The notes: generated from the letters alone by a model not told the origin. Shown: positions 1 to 13,793, counted from the stretch's first letter. The stretch: DNA of 64,000 bases from Camelus dromedarius (GCF_036321535.1 NC_087437.1:101744001-101808000); one strand, 5' to 3'. Program-made: numbers and translations.

Positions 1-1450
1 CACTGTTAAAATTGTCATAGCTGGCTCTTTCTTTCAATTTAGTTACCTGACATTAACCATACTGTTGGAACATATTCTTGGTGACATGCCTACCTGTGTT
101 TCAAGGTGGTGTCTTCCAAAACTAATGTGGCTTCTTGGTTTCAGGAATCATGCCCTTTATGTTCCTAAAATATCTTAGTATCCTGCAAAGAAGTTGAATT
201 CATACAGTCTCTACAGAGAACAAGAATGCTCTCTATGTGTCTCCACCAACCTGATGTACTATGAAGTTGAACCAATGAGGAAAAATGATTATTTCTTCCA
301 AGATACCACCTTGATAACTTATATTTCCACTAGTCCATAGGGAAGTTTTAGCAGTATTACTTTTGTACAAATTATTTATTGTCATTCCTGAGGGTTCAGA
401 GCTGGAAATCTCTGTGTGGCCCTGAACCATTCTGATGAGTCTACATCTGCCTCCTGCAACATCATTGCCAAGCCTGAGGGCTTTGTCCTTCTTTAGTGAT
501 AAGGAGCATCTTACGAGGTGTAGACTGGAAAATGACTGTATTAGCTATGTATTGCTATATGATAATTTTGTCACAAACTCTGAAGCTTAAAATAACACTC
601 ATTATTATCTCATAATTTCTGCAGATCCAGAGTCTTGGCTTGGGTTAATAGGATTCTCTGCTTCAGGATGTTATACCTGGAATCAAAGTGTTGGCCAAGG
701 TTTCAGTCTCATATGAGCTCTTACTCAGGAGAAATCTACTTCTCAACTCCTGTGGTTGTTGGCAAAATTCAGTTCTTTGCAGGCTACTGGACTGAGGTTC
801 TCATTTTCTTGCTATTTTTTAGCCAGAGGCCACCCTCAGGTCCTTGACTTTTCAATATGGCAGGACACAACACAGTAGCTTGCTTCTCGAGGTCACCAAA
901 TGGGAGAGTTTCTTCTCAATATGGGTACTATAGTGTTGTGCAATGTAATCATGTTCTTGATCACATATATCTCATCACCTTTGCCATGGACTTCTATTGG
1001 ATTGAAGCAAGTCACAGGCCAGCCATGTTCAAGGTAGGGAGTAATAACATAAAGATATGAACAAGGAGGGCAGAAATCATAAAGTTCACCTGAGAATCTA
1101 TCTCTTACAAAGAACCTCATTCCCAAAAATGTAGCTGAAAATGTACTATTTGGCCATGTCATTTTCTCAAGTTTCTCAACCTGTTGTTTGGACTTTGGCT
1201 GGTTCATTCTGGGAACTTTCCACACATGCCTAGACAAGATGACATTGCCTTAAAGTTCACCTGCCTGATCTCTGGAACATCTTGCAGCATGACTCTTCTG
1301 AGGATGTTACTCTAAACATTTACTTATTTTTATTCAAGTTACTGTTTTAGTGGTCAGGTATCAGGACCTATCTACAAAGACAAAATCAAACTATGTTCAG
1401 CATGTCTTCCTCATTAGATACCACCTCAATGACTTACACTTTTCAGTTAA
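1..1450 (-). mobile_element. Probable decayed Gypsy-type (MamGyp-like) LTR-retrotransposon pol relic (RNase H to integrase Zn-finger), interrupted by an MLT1 LTR at 537-1109
   Basis: Minus-strand reading across the MLT1 insertion gives fragments in different frames in pol order: VEKLEKMTWP..TFSATFLGMRFFVI, LAMMLQEADVD, EHKGH, FWK, EYV, CQVTK. These resemble RNase H (EKE..F.YLLG.RF.V, RWA..LQEYD) and HHCC integrase motifs. There are many stops and frameshifts, and the boundaries are approximate. Confidence 0.4.
537..1109 (-). mobile_element. MaLR solo LTR (MLT1E/F/G-like)
   Basis: Begins tgtattagctatgtattgct and ends ttaca. Contains typical MLT1 blocks (gtggttgttggcaaaattcagttctttgc, gaagcaagtcacaggccagcc). 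Confidence 0.8.
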
Positions 1451-2157
1451 AATGCTTTTTTTTTCTTTCCATTTTGAGAACAGCTGTGAACCATCTGGTT
1501 TTAATCAAAAATCCATATTAAATTACATCTTTAATTCTGGTGATAAATAGGAAAACATCTTAAACGCAATTTGACTTGTGTATATGATTTCTTCATTAGA
1601 TTTCCCTCCTTTTAGATATGTCAAAAACCTCATTTTCTTGAATGCTGTCGATGTGAGGAAGAGATTAAAAATCTGTACACCATGCAAACCATAAAGAGCT
1701 ATAGGAGCAAACCTGAATTACACAAGCATGTGCCACAAGGTTCATTAAACAATTTGGTCCATTTAACATTATATGTCCATGTGACTCTTCCATATTTTGA
1801 AACAAGAATCTACTGAAGAAAAATCTTGAATTTATTACTTATTTATCTGACTTTATTCTATGTATCTACCTCAAGAATTGGGGCAAAAAATGATACATTT
1901 TTATGTATCTAATTCACATAATCTTTAAGTAAAGTCTAAGAAGGGAAAAGTAATTCTTCTGCATAATGCAAAAATGTTTACATTCTTTCCAATTTTTATG
2001 GGCACACTCATCGGCTACTGATGGAAAATTTACCCTAAATGATTAAAAGCTTTTATGTCTATTATGTCTATTAGGAAGGTACCCTTCTGACAGATGAGGC
2101 TAGTATAGTGCTTTATCACAAACATTTCCCTATCATTTCAAGAAATAATAGAGGATG

Positions 2158-3400
2158 TTACAATTGTAAGATGGAATATTATAAAACACCTAGAGAAAAA
2201 CATAGGCAGAACACTTTTTGATGTAAGTCACAGCAATTTGGGTGGGGGGGGTGTCTATCTCCTAGAACAATGGAGACAAAAGCAAAAATAAACAAATGGG
2301 ACCTAATGAAACTTTAAAGCTTTTGAAGCAAAGTAAACCATAAACAAAACAGAAAAATCTATGGAATTGGAGAAAATATTTGTGAATGATATGACCAGCA
2401 AGAGCTTAATTTCCAAAATAGGCAAACAGTTTATACAGCTCAATATCTAAAAAACAAACAACCCAATCAAAAAATGGGCAGAAGACCTAAATAGACATTT
2501 CTTCAGAGAAGACATAGAGATGGCCAGTAGGCACATGAAAAGATGCTCAACATTGCTAATTATCAGAGAAATGCAAATCAAAGCTACAATGAGGTATCAC
2601 CTCACACCAGGCAGAATGGCCAGCATCAAAAAGTCAACAAATAATAAATGCTGGAGAGGGTGTGGAGAAAAGGGAACCCTCTCACACTGTTGATGGTGTA
2701 AACTGATGTAGCCACTGTAGAAATCAGTATGGTGGTTTCTCAAAAAATAAAAAATAGAGCTACCATATGATCCAACAATCCCATTCCTGGGTATATATAT
2801 ATTCAGAAAAGACAAAACCTCTAATTGGAATAAATACATGCACCCCAGTATTCTTAGCAGCACTATTTACAATAGCCAAGACATGGAAACAGCCTAAATG
2901 TCCAAAGACTGATAACTGGATAAAGTAGATGTGATATATATATACACATACAATGATATATTACACAGCCATAAATGAGAATAAAATAATGCCATTTGCA
3001 TCAACATGGATGGACCTAGAGATTATCAGACTAAGTGAAGTAAATCAGAGAAAGACAAATACCATATGATATCACTTATATGTGAAATCTAAAAATTGTT
3101 ACAGATGAATTTATTTACAGAACAGAAATAGACTCACAGACAGAAGACAAACTTACGGTTACCAAAGGGGAAAGGTGAGGGAAAGATAAATTAGGAATTT
3201 GGAATTAATGTATACACACTACTACATATATAATAGATAAACAGCAAAGACCTACTGTAGAGCGCAGGGAACTATAGTCAGTATCTTGTAATAACCTATA
3301 ATGGAAAAGAATCTGAAGAAGAATATACACACACACACATACATGAATCACTTTGCTGTTCACCCCAAACATTGTAGATCGATTATACTGCAATTAGAAA
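2158..3400 (+). mobile_element. 5'-truncated LINE-1 (ORF2 C-terminus plus 3' UTR), cetartiodactyl type
   Basis: Classic L1 ORF2-end blocks (aaatgggcagaagacctaaatagacatttc, atgcaaatcaaagctacaatgaggtatcacctcacacc). Flanked by an 18-bp TSD with 17/18 identity: aagaaataatagaggatg (2140-2157) and aagaaataatagagggtg (3401-3418). Confidence 0.95.
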
Positions 3401-4699
3401 AAGAAATAATAGAGGGTGATTCCTCTTCTCATTCAGCAGATGTGACGCCTGCACAGCTCTGCAGGAGCACAATTCTGGGAGACGCACAAGAGAAGAAAGG
3501 AGAAGGCAGATTCGTGCAGCTGTGATAATCCTCCTTTTGGCAGTTGTTTCTCTCTAAAGAAAACACTGCTGTCCCTTTGATGCTACCTCTGTGCTCTGGC
3601 TTCTTAAAGATATACACACTCTCTACCTCAGCACTGACCCTAGTCCCAGACAGTCCGATCTTTCCGAATCACAGCCAAAGATTTCTACCAGGGCTTTCTT
3701 TAATATGCAGTAGGTAAAAAATTAAATTCTATCAAAATCACACATTTTTTGCCTTTCATATTTTTATCATGTTAACAACATAACACATTCCAAAATGTTC
3801 AAAGCACTCATCTTAGAGAAAAATATAAGATGAAAGAGGCAGATCTTTAGGACTGGAGAAGTAAAAGATGTAACCGTTTCAGATGTGTAGTTAGGCCAGT
3901 TTGTTTCTATGCTCTCATCCATCGGGTGAAGCACTAAAAGCCGCTTTGCATAGAGTGTGGGGCCCAACCAAGCAGCGAGAAAATGGCCAGGTTTCCCTTA
4001 CAGGCCAGAAACCCAGGAGGAGAGGAACCTTGTACATCTTAGATGCTAAGGACCAAGGATCAGACAGGCAGAAAGACCTCACTTGAGCTTTCAGGGAGTG
4101 GAGGAAGGAAGGGCATCAGTTATGGAGATGCTGGCTAGTAATGCTGCCAAATGCTGGGAGCAGCTGTGTTGGACAGTAAGCCCTCAGGCACAAAGACACA
4201 GCTGACTTTCAAAATGCCTCCTTCTGAATGGCTAAAGCCTTCAAAAACCCTATCAAATCTGACTTCTGCTCCTGTCTGGTACAGAGAGGAGGGCTGGGGT
4301 AGCTCACAGAGAGCTGGATAACACATCACTTACTGAAAGACAAGAAAAAAACACGCACATGGGGGGAAAAAGAACAACAGAAGATAATACTAAAAAAATA
4401 AAATGGAAACAGGGTTTGCTGCAAGCTTATTGAGTAGAAACCATGTGACAGGACTCCTCTACACACCGAGGGGGCGCAGCAGGTCCTGACTTCTCACACT
4501 CAGCTGGAAGAAGACAGACTACAAACCAAACAACCAAGATAGTTATGTTTTAAGTTAAAAGGGGATGCGTTTTTTCAAGGAAAACTAGAGTAAACAAAGA
4601 CAACAGCCAGTGACACTGCATTTGTGGGGAGTAGGAATAGGATTGACATTTCAAATAGCGCAGTGGCTGCGTCCTCCCGGAGAAGGTGACGCTTGGCAC

Positions 4700-5060
4700 A
4701 CTGGTAGAGAAGGTGACACAGTGAGCAACGCAACTAGCTATCTGGAAGCAGAGTCTGACAGGCAAAGGGAGCAGCACTTACAAAGGTCCTGAGACCTGTG
4801 CCCAGAGAGGGAACAGCAAGCTGGAGGCTCTGCAGTGAGACCCCACCTGGTAAATTCTAGAACAGCCAAGAGGCCAGTGTGGTTGGCACAAAATAATCAA
4901 GCCAGTAAGTAGGAAGGGATGAGGTAGGAGATACCATTTTAATCCACTGTTAGAACTGAGAGTTCATTGCTGAGGAATGAGAAAATACTGATGGCCTTGA
5001 GAAGACAACTGAGATGACAGGACTGATGTTTTAACAATATAATTCCAGCTGCTGTATTGG
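4700..5060 (-). mobile_element. L2 fragment
   Basis: Purine-rich L2 antisense blocks (caaaggtcctgag, gaacagccaagaggccagtgtggttgg, ccagctgctgt). Confidence 0.65.
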
Positions 5061-7120
5061 GTGATTTTTTTTCCCTTTCTACAGCTTCTCTAAACCATCT
5101 ATATTTTTCATATTACACCTATAATTAAAATTATACTTTCATCTTTTTTTTCCTTAAGGCTAGTGCCAGGAGCTGGAACAAAAATCTCATTATTTTTGGG
5201 GACTCTGAAAAAAAGATCTGGCAACAATAAGGCACTGTCATTACAATGTCACAGCAGCGCTACTAAAAAAGAGGGTCTATGGCGGGGGTCAAGCAAATGT
5301 GACCTAAATTTGGGGAAAATGCTGATAAATAGATATTAATATATAGATATGTGGGTCATCTACTGGCAGCTGTGTGGCAGTAATTATTCACATTATAAAA
5401 ACTTCTGCAGAGAAGATAAAGAAAGGGATATGGACTTAACCTGCTGTCTGAAAAGGAAAAAAATTTAGAGATACTTTCACATTCTTCCTATGATCTTGAA
5501 AACCACTGAACACTCCTCAAAGTAATTGTTTTGCTCTTCTTATTGCTGTTTTTCTGTGAAACAGATGGAAGTCACAGGCTGCAACCACAGTCCATTGTTC
5601 TTAAGCAAGACTCCTCAGAAACGTGTGTTCCTACCCAGAATGTAGATTATCCATTACAGCATAGCAGAAGTGCCTAGAATTCTTACAAATTACCTATGAG
5701 AACTCTCTCTCCATCTAAAAGTTTTGCTTGCCTATTCTGGCTTGCTTTTATTGTTTTCATACTAACAAAAATAAACCTGGCACTACATTGCTGCACATTA
5801 GTTAAGTTATAATGGACTTTCTTGGCAAAGCCCCAATTTCTGACCCAGTCAAGTTATTGTCAATGTTCTTATTTTTCTGTTGGGTAGTGAGTTCGTGCAA
5901 GGGCCATTATATTACTAAAAATAAATAAGCTGACCAATAAATAAGAAGAAAAGAGCTATGGTTGGACCAATAATGACAGTGTACCATGAATTAAAGATCA
6001 TAATTAATTTTCTGTGTAACTGAGGTCTATTCAAGGAAAAATGTGAAAACATTAAAAGTTAGTAAAAATTATTTGACTGGCCTCTGTTGTTTTGTGTATT
6101 GGATTTTCTCCCCCATCATGGTTAAAATAATCCAAAAGAGCACCCAGCCAGTACTCTCTAATTTAAAAAAAGATGGCAAAAATTTAATTACAATAAAATT
6201 CATTTTGAAAGCCAAGTTTCTTTTTTATTCTGTAGTTTCATTTATTAAAATGTTTTCAAAGGTGAAACAAAATTTCTGAAAAAATAAAAGCAGTCATTTT
6301 TTTTCAGTATTATACTCTCCCTGAATATGTAGTTATATTAAATTCAGTGAGGATTTAAGTAGCAGTGTTTTTCAATAACTAAGAAATTGAAACCTCCCAC
6401 AGGAATTTATAGATTTTGAATTAATGTTAATTGAGTAAATTGACTAATATTGATTGACTAAATTAAATATAAGCTTTTGAAAGTAATAAAGATTATACTT
6501 TCCCACCTCTACTTCGATTCTATATGGGAGTATTTGTAGAGTCTAATCAATTTTCATGTGTCACATTGAGTGAAGATTTCTGAAAATTTCAGAATGTTTA
6601 GATTTCTGAATGTTCTAGGTTGGGTGATTAAGAATGAAAAATGAGTATCCAGTTCATGAATTTAAAGGCACTACCATGAGAAAGCGAAGGTTACATGCTT
6701 CAACTGATTAAAAGTAATTCTCTCAAGATTTTTTACTTAGTTGCTGGTGTTACTAAACACTTTGTTGTTTAGAAAGCTAGAGCAGGTGGGATAAACCAAA
6801 TTAAACGTGATTTCAGTTGAGAAAGGCTCACAGGTAAATCTCCTGTGGCCTACTGCTTCTTCTAATTTGATAACCGGGGGGTGATGGACAAGGTCACCAG
6901 GCCTCCTGTCTCAGATTATAAGAAAAGAAAAGGAATCACTATAAAAAGATTTTGTTTCTTCATACACTTGCACTGCTTGGGTACTCAGTCAACACATCCT
7001 AAGGATGCTTTAAGGCCTTATTATTAAAGAATGAATACCTGCAAATGGAGGCCAATGAATAGCCGAATCATGTTCCGAGAAAGTCAGGAACACTCACCAA
7101 TTGCCAGCTGCTTTTCTCTC

Positions 7121-7418
7121 CCAGTTTTATTGAGGTATAAGTGAAAAAAATTTATAAGCTATTTGAAGTGTACAACATGATGATTTGATACACATGTACA
7201 TTGCAGAAGGATCCCCCACTGAGTTAATTAACACATTCATCATCTCACATATTTACCTTTTTGGGTTTTTTTGCTGAGAACATTTAAGGTCTATTCTTAG
7301 AAAATTTCAGTAATACAATAATGCAGTGTTACCAACTTTAGTCATGTTTAGAAAATGGCACCCTTTTCCCAACCTTTTTCTATTTCTCCCATTCCCAGCC
7401 CCTTGGCAAGCACTTCTA
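7121..7418 (-). mobile_element. L1MA-type 3' end fragment
   Basis: Antisense L1 3' UTR: ttttattgaggtataa...gtgtacaacatgatgatttgatacac...agttaattaacacattcatcatctcacat. Confidence 0.8.
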
Positions 7419-10124
7419 TTCATCCATTCAGTTGGTATCACAAGAAAACCGCATAGATTAGGAGTGTTGCATTCTTCAGGAAAAAGGTGGGAAATCTGGT
7501 TAATGGAGTAAGTGCCATTACATGTTTCTTTGTTTACTATATGTTTATTAAAAAGAAAACAAAATATAACTCATCCGTTTTATTTCTTGGTGGAAACCTG
7601 GTCTTAAGTGTCTGTTTATATTAAACCCACATGAAGAGATGTGGAAGACTGGGATAAACTCATATTTCAACCTTATTTCTCTATCCATTGTCTCCCCAGG
7701 AACGGCCCATGTTCCAAAGAGAAGCTATTCCAGTTGGTAGGGTATGCAGTTACAACCTCACAGTATTTTCTACTTTTGTCCATCAGCTCTGTTCTGGAAG
7801 GAGCAATCCTCTCCAAAATCCTAGTGAGCATTGCACAAATATGAGCATATTTCGTTCTACTGAAATCCCCGGGCCTCTTGGAGAGTATGGCATGGCTTTT
7901 CTTCTGGCTCATATATAAAACTCACATTTTATGTTGGGAAAATTTTACTAGGAAGAGAAAAAAAAAAGCTCCCTTGGGTAGCTTGGTTGGTAGGGAAGGG
8001 AAAGAATTTCTATAAACATACAAAGGACATTATACCTCATTTAGCCATTAGTTTAAATGGTTTAACAAATGCTTTTCTCATTGCTTTTTCATAGTTCATA
8101 TCTTTCTCTTATCTGTGTTTCCCATACAGTGACCAGATATTTATATTTATATTTATCTACTTATCTCCAGAATCAAGAGAAGAGAGAGAGAGAGAGAAAG
8201 ACTGATTCCCTGGTGGCAGAGTGAAAAGAGAAGATCTGCTTAACTTGTTTACTTATTCATCTGTCAACCTCTGGTCTCAAACTTGATGGAGCCATCATTG
8301 CCCGAAGTTTTCTTAGCTGTATTTCCTGGAAATCAGTCTCCTCCCAAAGCACATACTGCCCAGAAATCCTTTTCTTATAGTTGATTGTTTTTGTCATAAG
8401 TCTATAGAAACACTCTTCTCTTTGACACGCCCTAAAGAAAATAGTATCTTCTCATGAATGGTAATTTCAGTTGCTCAGAGACAGATGCTATCCAAAAGAG
8501 TTAAGTAACAGTTCTCTTTTAGTTCATGTTTAGGATAATTATCTCATATTCACCACCCTAATTTCTTAGCCTTCCATTATTTAAATAACTTTTCTTGACT
8601 TCTTTTGTTCAGAAATGTGGACTGTGAGGAAGTCCTTCCTCCCTCAGTAACTCCACCTCCTCCTGATCTCTGATGAAGGACCCTGGAGAGGTTCATTCAC
8701 AGTCAAGCACAGAAGATATTGCCCAGTTACTCTTTAGCCTCAGGCCTGTTGAAATGCTGTGCTCCTCCATACCTTAGATGAATGTCAGTAAGGATTTCAG
8801 CCAATAATATAATTTCTCTTCTTTTCTGGAGCACTGATAATAAGCATCGTCATTTCTCTAATCACAACTTTAACAAACAGCAAGCATGCAAAATTTCTAA
8901 TGATAAAGAATGAGAGATAAAAACTGAAAACTTCCTATGATTTTATTGCTTCCCATTAATGTCACATACTGCGGTAGTTTCTTGAGAATGGCCTAGGTAT
9001 CGCTGTCGATGTCCTAGGACGGTCATTAAGACCGTTGCTTCCCTGATGAAGGAAGGATCCTCACACAGCAGACAGCAATGCAGCCTTGACCAGCAATGCA
9101 GGATTTTTCAGATTCCTTATTACCTCCTCCCTTTACACCCCCCTTACTCTTCAAATCATATATTTTCATTCAAACCATTTTTATTTAAATTTTTGTCAAG
9201 AAGTCCTAAATCAGATATTGAATAAGAAAAAAAGCACAATTATTATCTTTTTTGCTTATCTTTCTATAATGATTCCATGAACCTTAATTGTTCTTTCTTT
9301 AGCTTTTTATTTCTTATATTTCACCTATATTTCTGCTGATGTGGAACATGAATTTATTACTGTACCCTAGACTTTTCTTGAGTTGTAACTTGCTTTTATG
9401 TGACCCGTCACATTGTTCTGAATGTTTTCCAGGGAGGATTCTTTAGAACAGCATGAAAACAAGATATTCCTATTGCTTTTCTTATAGGTTTAAACAATTA
9501 TTCTTTTTTCTATTAGAGACTATTAGACATTAGAGACTCTCCTTGGCTATTTTAAAATATTTCTATCGTAATCTTTTTGTACAACATAAAATATATTTGC
9601 ATATTCAAAATGCAATAACAAGGCACTTGTTTTATAGGAAGTGTTCAAGTAGGAAAACAGAAGAGAACCCAATGATATTCAAAAATATAGATGTAAATCG
9701 TCTATTTTGCATTTCATTCTGAGTTCTAGGTTTAAGATGAAGATAGATACTTAAGAAATGTTATCAATAACGAATACAATAAAACATAGTATTTTTGAAT
9801 TGCACTAGTATTCAAAATCCCAAATATGTCTTTTCTCAGATGGAGTTATTTAGCTCCTAGATTTGCTAATACTTCAGCCATAACCAATGACTAAAATGAC
9901 GAAGCTAGAACTGAGTGTGTTCAGGTCTAAGAGGAGTCATCCAACTATAGGAGTAACCCGTCATTACAAATTATATCTGCAAGGGAAGGGTTGCTCTTGG
10001 ACTTAATTTGTGCAAATGCTTATATTCACAGTGTCTACTGAGAAAATGGTCTTATTCTACCATGCATAATTTAGGCATTGGGCAGACCACAAGTCAGCAG
10101 ATTACAGAATTATGGCTCCCAGTC

Positions 10125-10380
10125 GTCCAACCAATTTGGATCAAGAACACTACCAAAGTCAAGGCTGACAAGAAAGAGGATCTGGTTTTTTAAAAGGAGG
10201 CTGGAAACTAGTCCATCTTGTGAGGATCTGGCCAACTTTGTCGTGCTCAAGCAGCATGTGCTGCAAGAGTTGGAAGAAAAGTACAATCAAAAGCCCAGGC
10301 TGAAAGCATAAAATGGAGAGGAAATTCATGGCCAAACTTGGAGATGTCAGACTTGATGGCAATCAAGACATGGCCATAGG
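10125..10380 (+). pseudogene. Possible decayed coding fragment (processed-pseudogene-like); parent not recognised
   Basis: Purine-rich, codon-like stretch in otherwise AT-rich DNA. Consecutive frames give WIKNTTKVKADKKEDLVF, EDLANFVVLKQHVLQELEEKYNQK and KMERKFMAKLGDVRLDGNQDMA, joined by frameshifts and stops. Confidence 0.3.
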
Positions 10381-13184
10381 ATGTTTAGTATCTAGAATTC
10401 ATTCATTTGTATGTATTTGTAAATATCCATTGAAGTTTATAAATCCATGAGTTTGAACAAGTGTTAGGGAAAATATGTTTATATATTTTAGAAGCCAAGA
10501 AAATGAAACATTCAATTGTGTGTTCAACCTAAATGTTTCAAATTTTAGTTAGAAGAAAAGGAGTTAGCTAGTTCAAGCCTTAAGAACAATTCTCTTTCAA
10601 GGTCTTAAGCTTATTCAGAAAGGTCTTAGTATGATAATTTATTAATATTAAAAACACTCTGGGAGTCTGCTGCTCTGGTCTCAGACTTAGCCAAAATCTC
10701 TGCTTATAATATCCTATTAAGTTGGTAAGAACTGCCTTCCCTGAATGAGTAAGGCTCTTTAAACACTGAAATGATTTAGAATCAAATATGTAAATCATTA
10801 AGAAACAAAAATCTTTGTATTTATATTTGTGAGTTAAGAAACTGTGCATATTTGATATTTTATACTCTTGTAATGTTTAAGAGAATTGTGCCTATCAAAG
10901 TACCAATTATGTAATTTTAATTTGCAGGTATAATTAAAGAATTGATTAAAACTTAAGATATTAAATAAAGCTCTTCCAAAGCTTGTTTAGACCATTTTAA
11001 CATTTTTGAGAATATAAAGGTCACCATATTTAGTCATAAGACTTCGTTACTTAAAAGGGAAATCCAACACATTGGGTTATAATGCATCTTAGAATCTCTG
11101 AAGTATTAAATCAGTGAATGGATAAACCTTTATTCTAAAATCTCTCAAAGGTGAATAAAATCTGACACATTTAAAATAGAATTAAATAACTGGTTTTCTG
11201 AATCATTTAATAAATTAAAATACAACTGTTCATATGAAAAAGGAATTTTCTTAAAGTCTCCTTTGCTTGTAAAAATCATCCCTATAGATAATTTAAAAAA
11301 AAAAAAGAACTCACATCATCAAGAAAAAGACATAATTTGGTGCATGTTTCTGCACTGAAAGTATTTTGGAAAACCAAGTATCAGTTTTTTGGCATCTGGC
11401 TAAAGGGTTAGATATCAGTTTTCTGATAGCTTTCTAGTAGCTTTTGATATCAGACCATAGTAGAAATAAATCTGCAGTTATAATCATATATCAGGATGTG
11501 GGAAAGCCAAGTACTTAGAACCAACCACATACATGCACACACTTCACGGGTATTTCTGATACCTTTCTATGGTCAATAAATCGAAAGGTATGTAGCATTT
11601 CATAGATATCTCAGTATTATTATTTCTGGCTAAGTGAACGCAAAATACAAACTAGAGAAGAATTTGTATAAATAAAATATCACCAAGTATGTTTAAGAGC
11701 AATGAAAACATGTATCTGAACTAACTAGAATTATCCTAATTTGCTTAGTGAAAATAGATATTATTCAATAAAAATATTGACAAGTGGGTTCCCTTTTATT
11801 TTTCATCTACAAATCATTCACTGTATCATCTAAATAATGTAAAATCTGCAAATTAAAATAATTGTATATTTTTAGAAGAAGTTTAACATGGAAAAACAAG
11901 TTCTGAAATCCTTAAAAGTACTTTTTTTAATATAGCTTTCATATACTTTGTTTTTATTTGTTTAATCTTAGTTACTAATGTTCTTGAGATAATATTTTTA
12001 ATTCTTCCAAACAATCCAAGATAAAAATAGAAAAAAATGCTTTAATAAAAACGTTATGTCATTTTTGAACAAGCCAAGCATAAAAAATTGGCTTAAGTGG
12101 CATGTTCTGACATTTCATGATTATAAAACTGAAAGTAGGTTAGCCTAAATTAAATATAATCTATTTTCAAAAGTCAAAATAAAATAAAATGTGGCATTTT
12201 CACGAATTTTTTTTTTTGCAGATGAGTAACTTTTGGACTTTCAGCTATACATTTGAATTTATAACCCTTTAAAAAATGGCTATTTAGTGCACTTGAGTTG
12301 ATTTTTCTTTAATACTGTGTGTTTATACCAACTATATTCTTTTACTTTAGTACCCCTATATATTCTTTTTTCAAAGATTTTTAAAATGTGTTATATCATA
12401 CACTGCTAATTTGATAAATAGGATGACTGAAAAATTCACTTGGATGATAAGTGAACCTATAAGTAACAAGTGGCTGATGATTACTATCTGTCTCCTAAAT
12501 TCATTTTTCCTACGTTTTTTCATTCACACATAAAGAGGGAGGGAGAATAAGAAAATGACACAGAGAGAAAATGACAGAGATTTCCCTTCAAGTTCTTCCG
12601 TCCAACACAGAAATCAGTGTTCCATGGTTCCAAGCAGCAGCCCAGGTAAATAGGAAAGAGCTTAGAGAAATGTCACTCAGAATATTTCCTCTGTTTTCTA
12701 TCCTTTTCAGAACGCTTTCATGTTAAATCAAGACAAAATACAACTCAACAAAAACAGCAAAACAGAAGCACATCCAATATTCAAATGGCCCAGAGGCCAA
12801 ATTCATGCATCTACTACACATTCTAGTCAGTTGTGAATTTTTAATTGTGTTGAAATGACTTTTAAGCTAGTATTTATGCTGTTGTTTATTAACACTAAAT
12901 TCCATATTTTCAGTAGGACTCGTATCTGTGAAATTCAGAACATGACATAGGCATTATCTCATTGTTTTGATACCAAAATTGTTATATATGAAAGGCAGGT
13001 ATTTTCATCAACCTAGTGATAAGTTAACAAAGATGCAAAAACAAAGTGTTTTGTCCAAGTGACTAAGGAAAGAAATAATTACACAATTATACAAAGTCTT
13101 ATCATAACTTGCTCCTTCCGTATACTTCATAAAGTACACGGAATAAATTTTATTTTACGGAATAAAATAAATTTTTTCAGTACC

Positions 13185-13392
13185 ATTTATGGATAATTTT
13201 TTTATGTACCCAGCCCTACAGCAGGAACTTTATATGAATCACCTTATTAAACTTCCACAAAAATCGTATGAAGGAATTACTGCTCTAATTCCCATTTTAC
13301 TGATGAGAAACTGAGTACTGGAGAGTTAACTATATCATCCAAGGTTAGTAGAAGCAGTAAGTGCAGAGCCATGACTCAAACTGGGCACTCCA
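13185..13392 (-). mobile_element. MIR SINE
   Basis: MIR core cccattttactgatgagaaactgag...agagttaac...ccaaggtta. Confidence 0.8.
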
Positions 13393-13431
13393 CCATGGAG
13401 AGTTATGCACTTATATAAGCTCCTTGATGGT

Positions 13432-13793
13432 TGTTATGGACTGAATTGTGTCCCCTCTAAATTCATATGTTGAAACCCTAACCCCTAATGTGACTATATA
13501 TTTAGAGATTCAGCTGTTTAAGAGATAAGTAAGGTTAAAAGATGTCGTAAGAGTAGAACTTTAATCCACTAAGATTCATGTCCTTATAAGCAGAGGAAGA
13601 GACCCCAGAACACATGTGCACAGAGGGATGGCCATGTGAGGACACAAAGAAAAGGCCATCTGGCCAGAAACCAACCCTTTGGCACCTTGAACTTGGCCTT
13701 CCACTCTCCAGAACTGTGAGGAAATGAATCTCTGTTGTTTAAGCCACCCAGTCTGTTGTCTCCTATTAGGGCAGCTCAGGCTGACTAATTACA
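13432..13793 (+). mobile_element. MaLR solo LTR (MLT1A/B-like)
   Basis: Starts tgttatggactgaattgtgtcccc and ends ctaattaca. Contains ctccagaactgtgaggaaatgaatctctgttgtttaagccacccagtctg. Confidence 0.9.

Noticed and set aside
8613..8787. Plus-strand acceptor/donor pair around a GC-richer block
   Set aside because: Stops in all three frames and no supporting neighbouring exons. A non-coding exon cannot be excluded.
13116..13143. Small hairpin ttccgtatactt-cata-aagtacacggaa
   Set aside because: A 12-bp stem with one mismatch is too short for a miRNA and plausible by chance in 64 kb.
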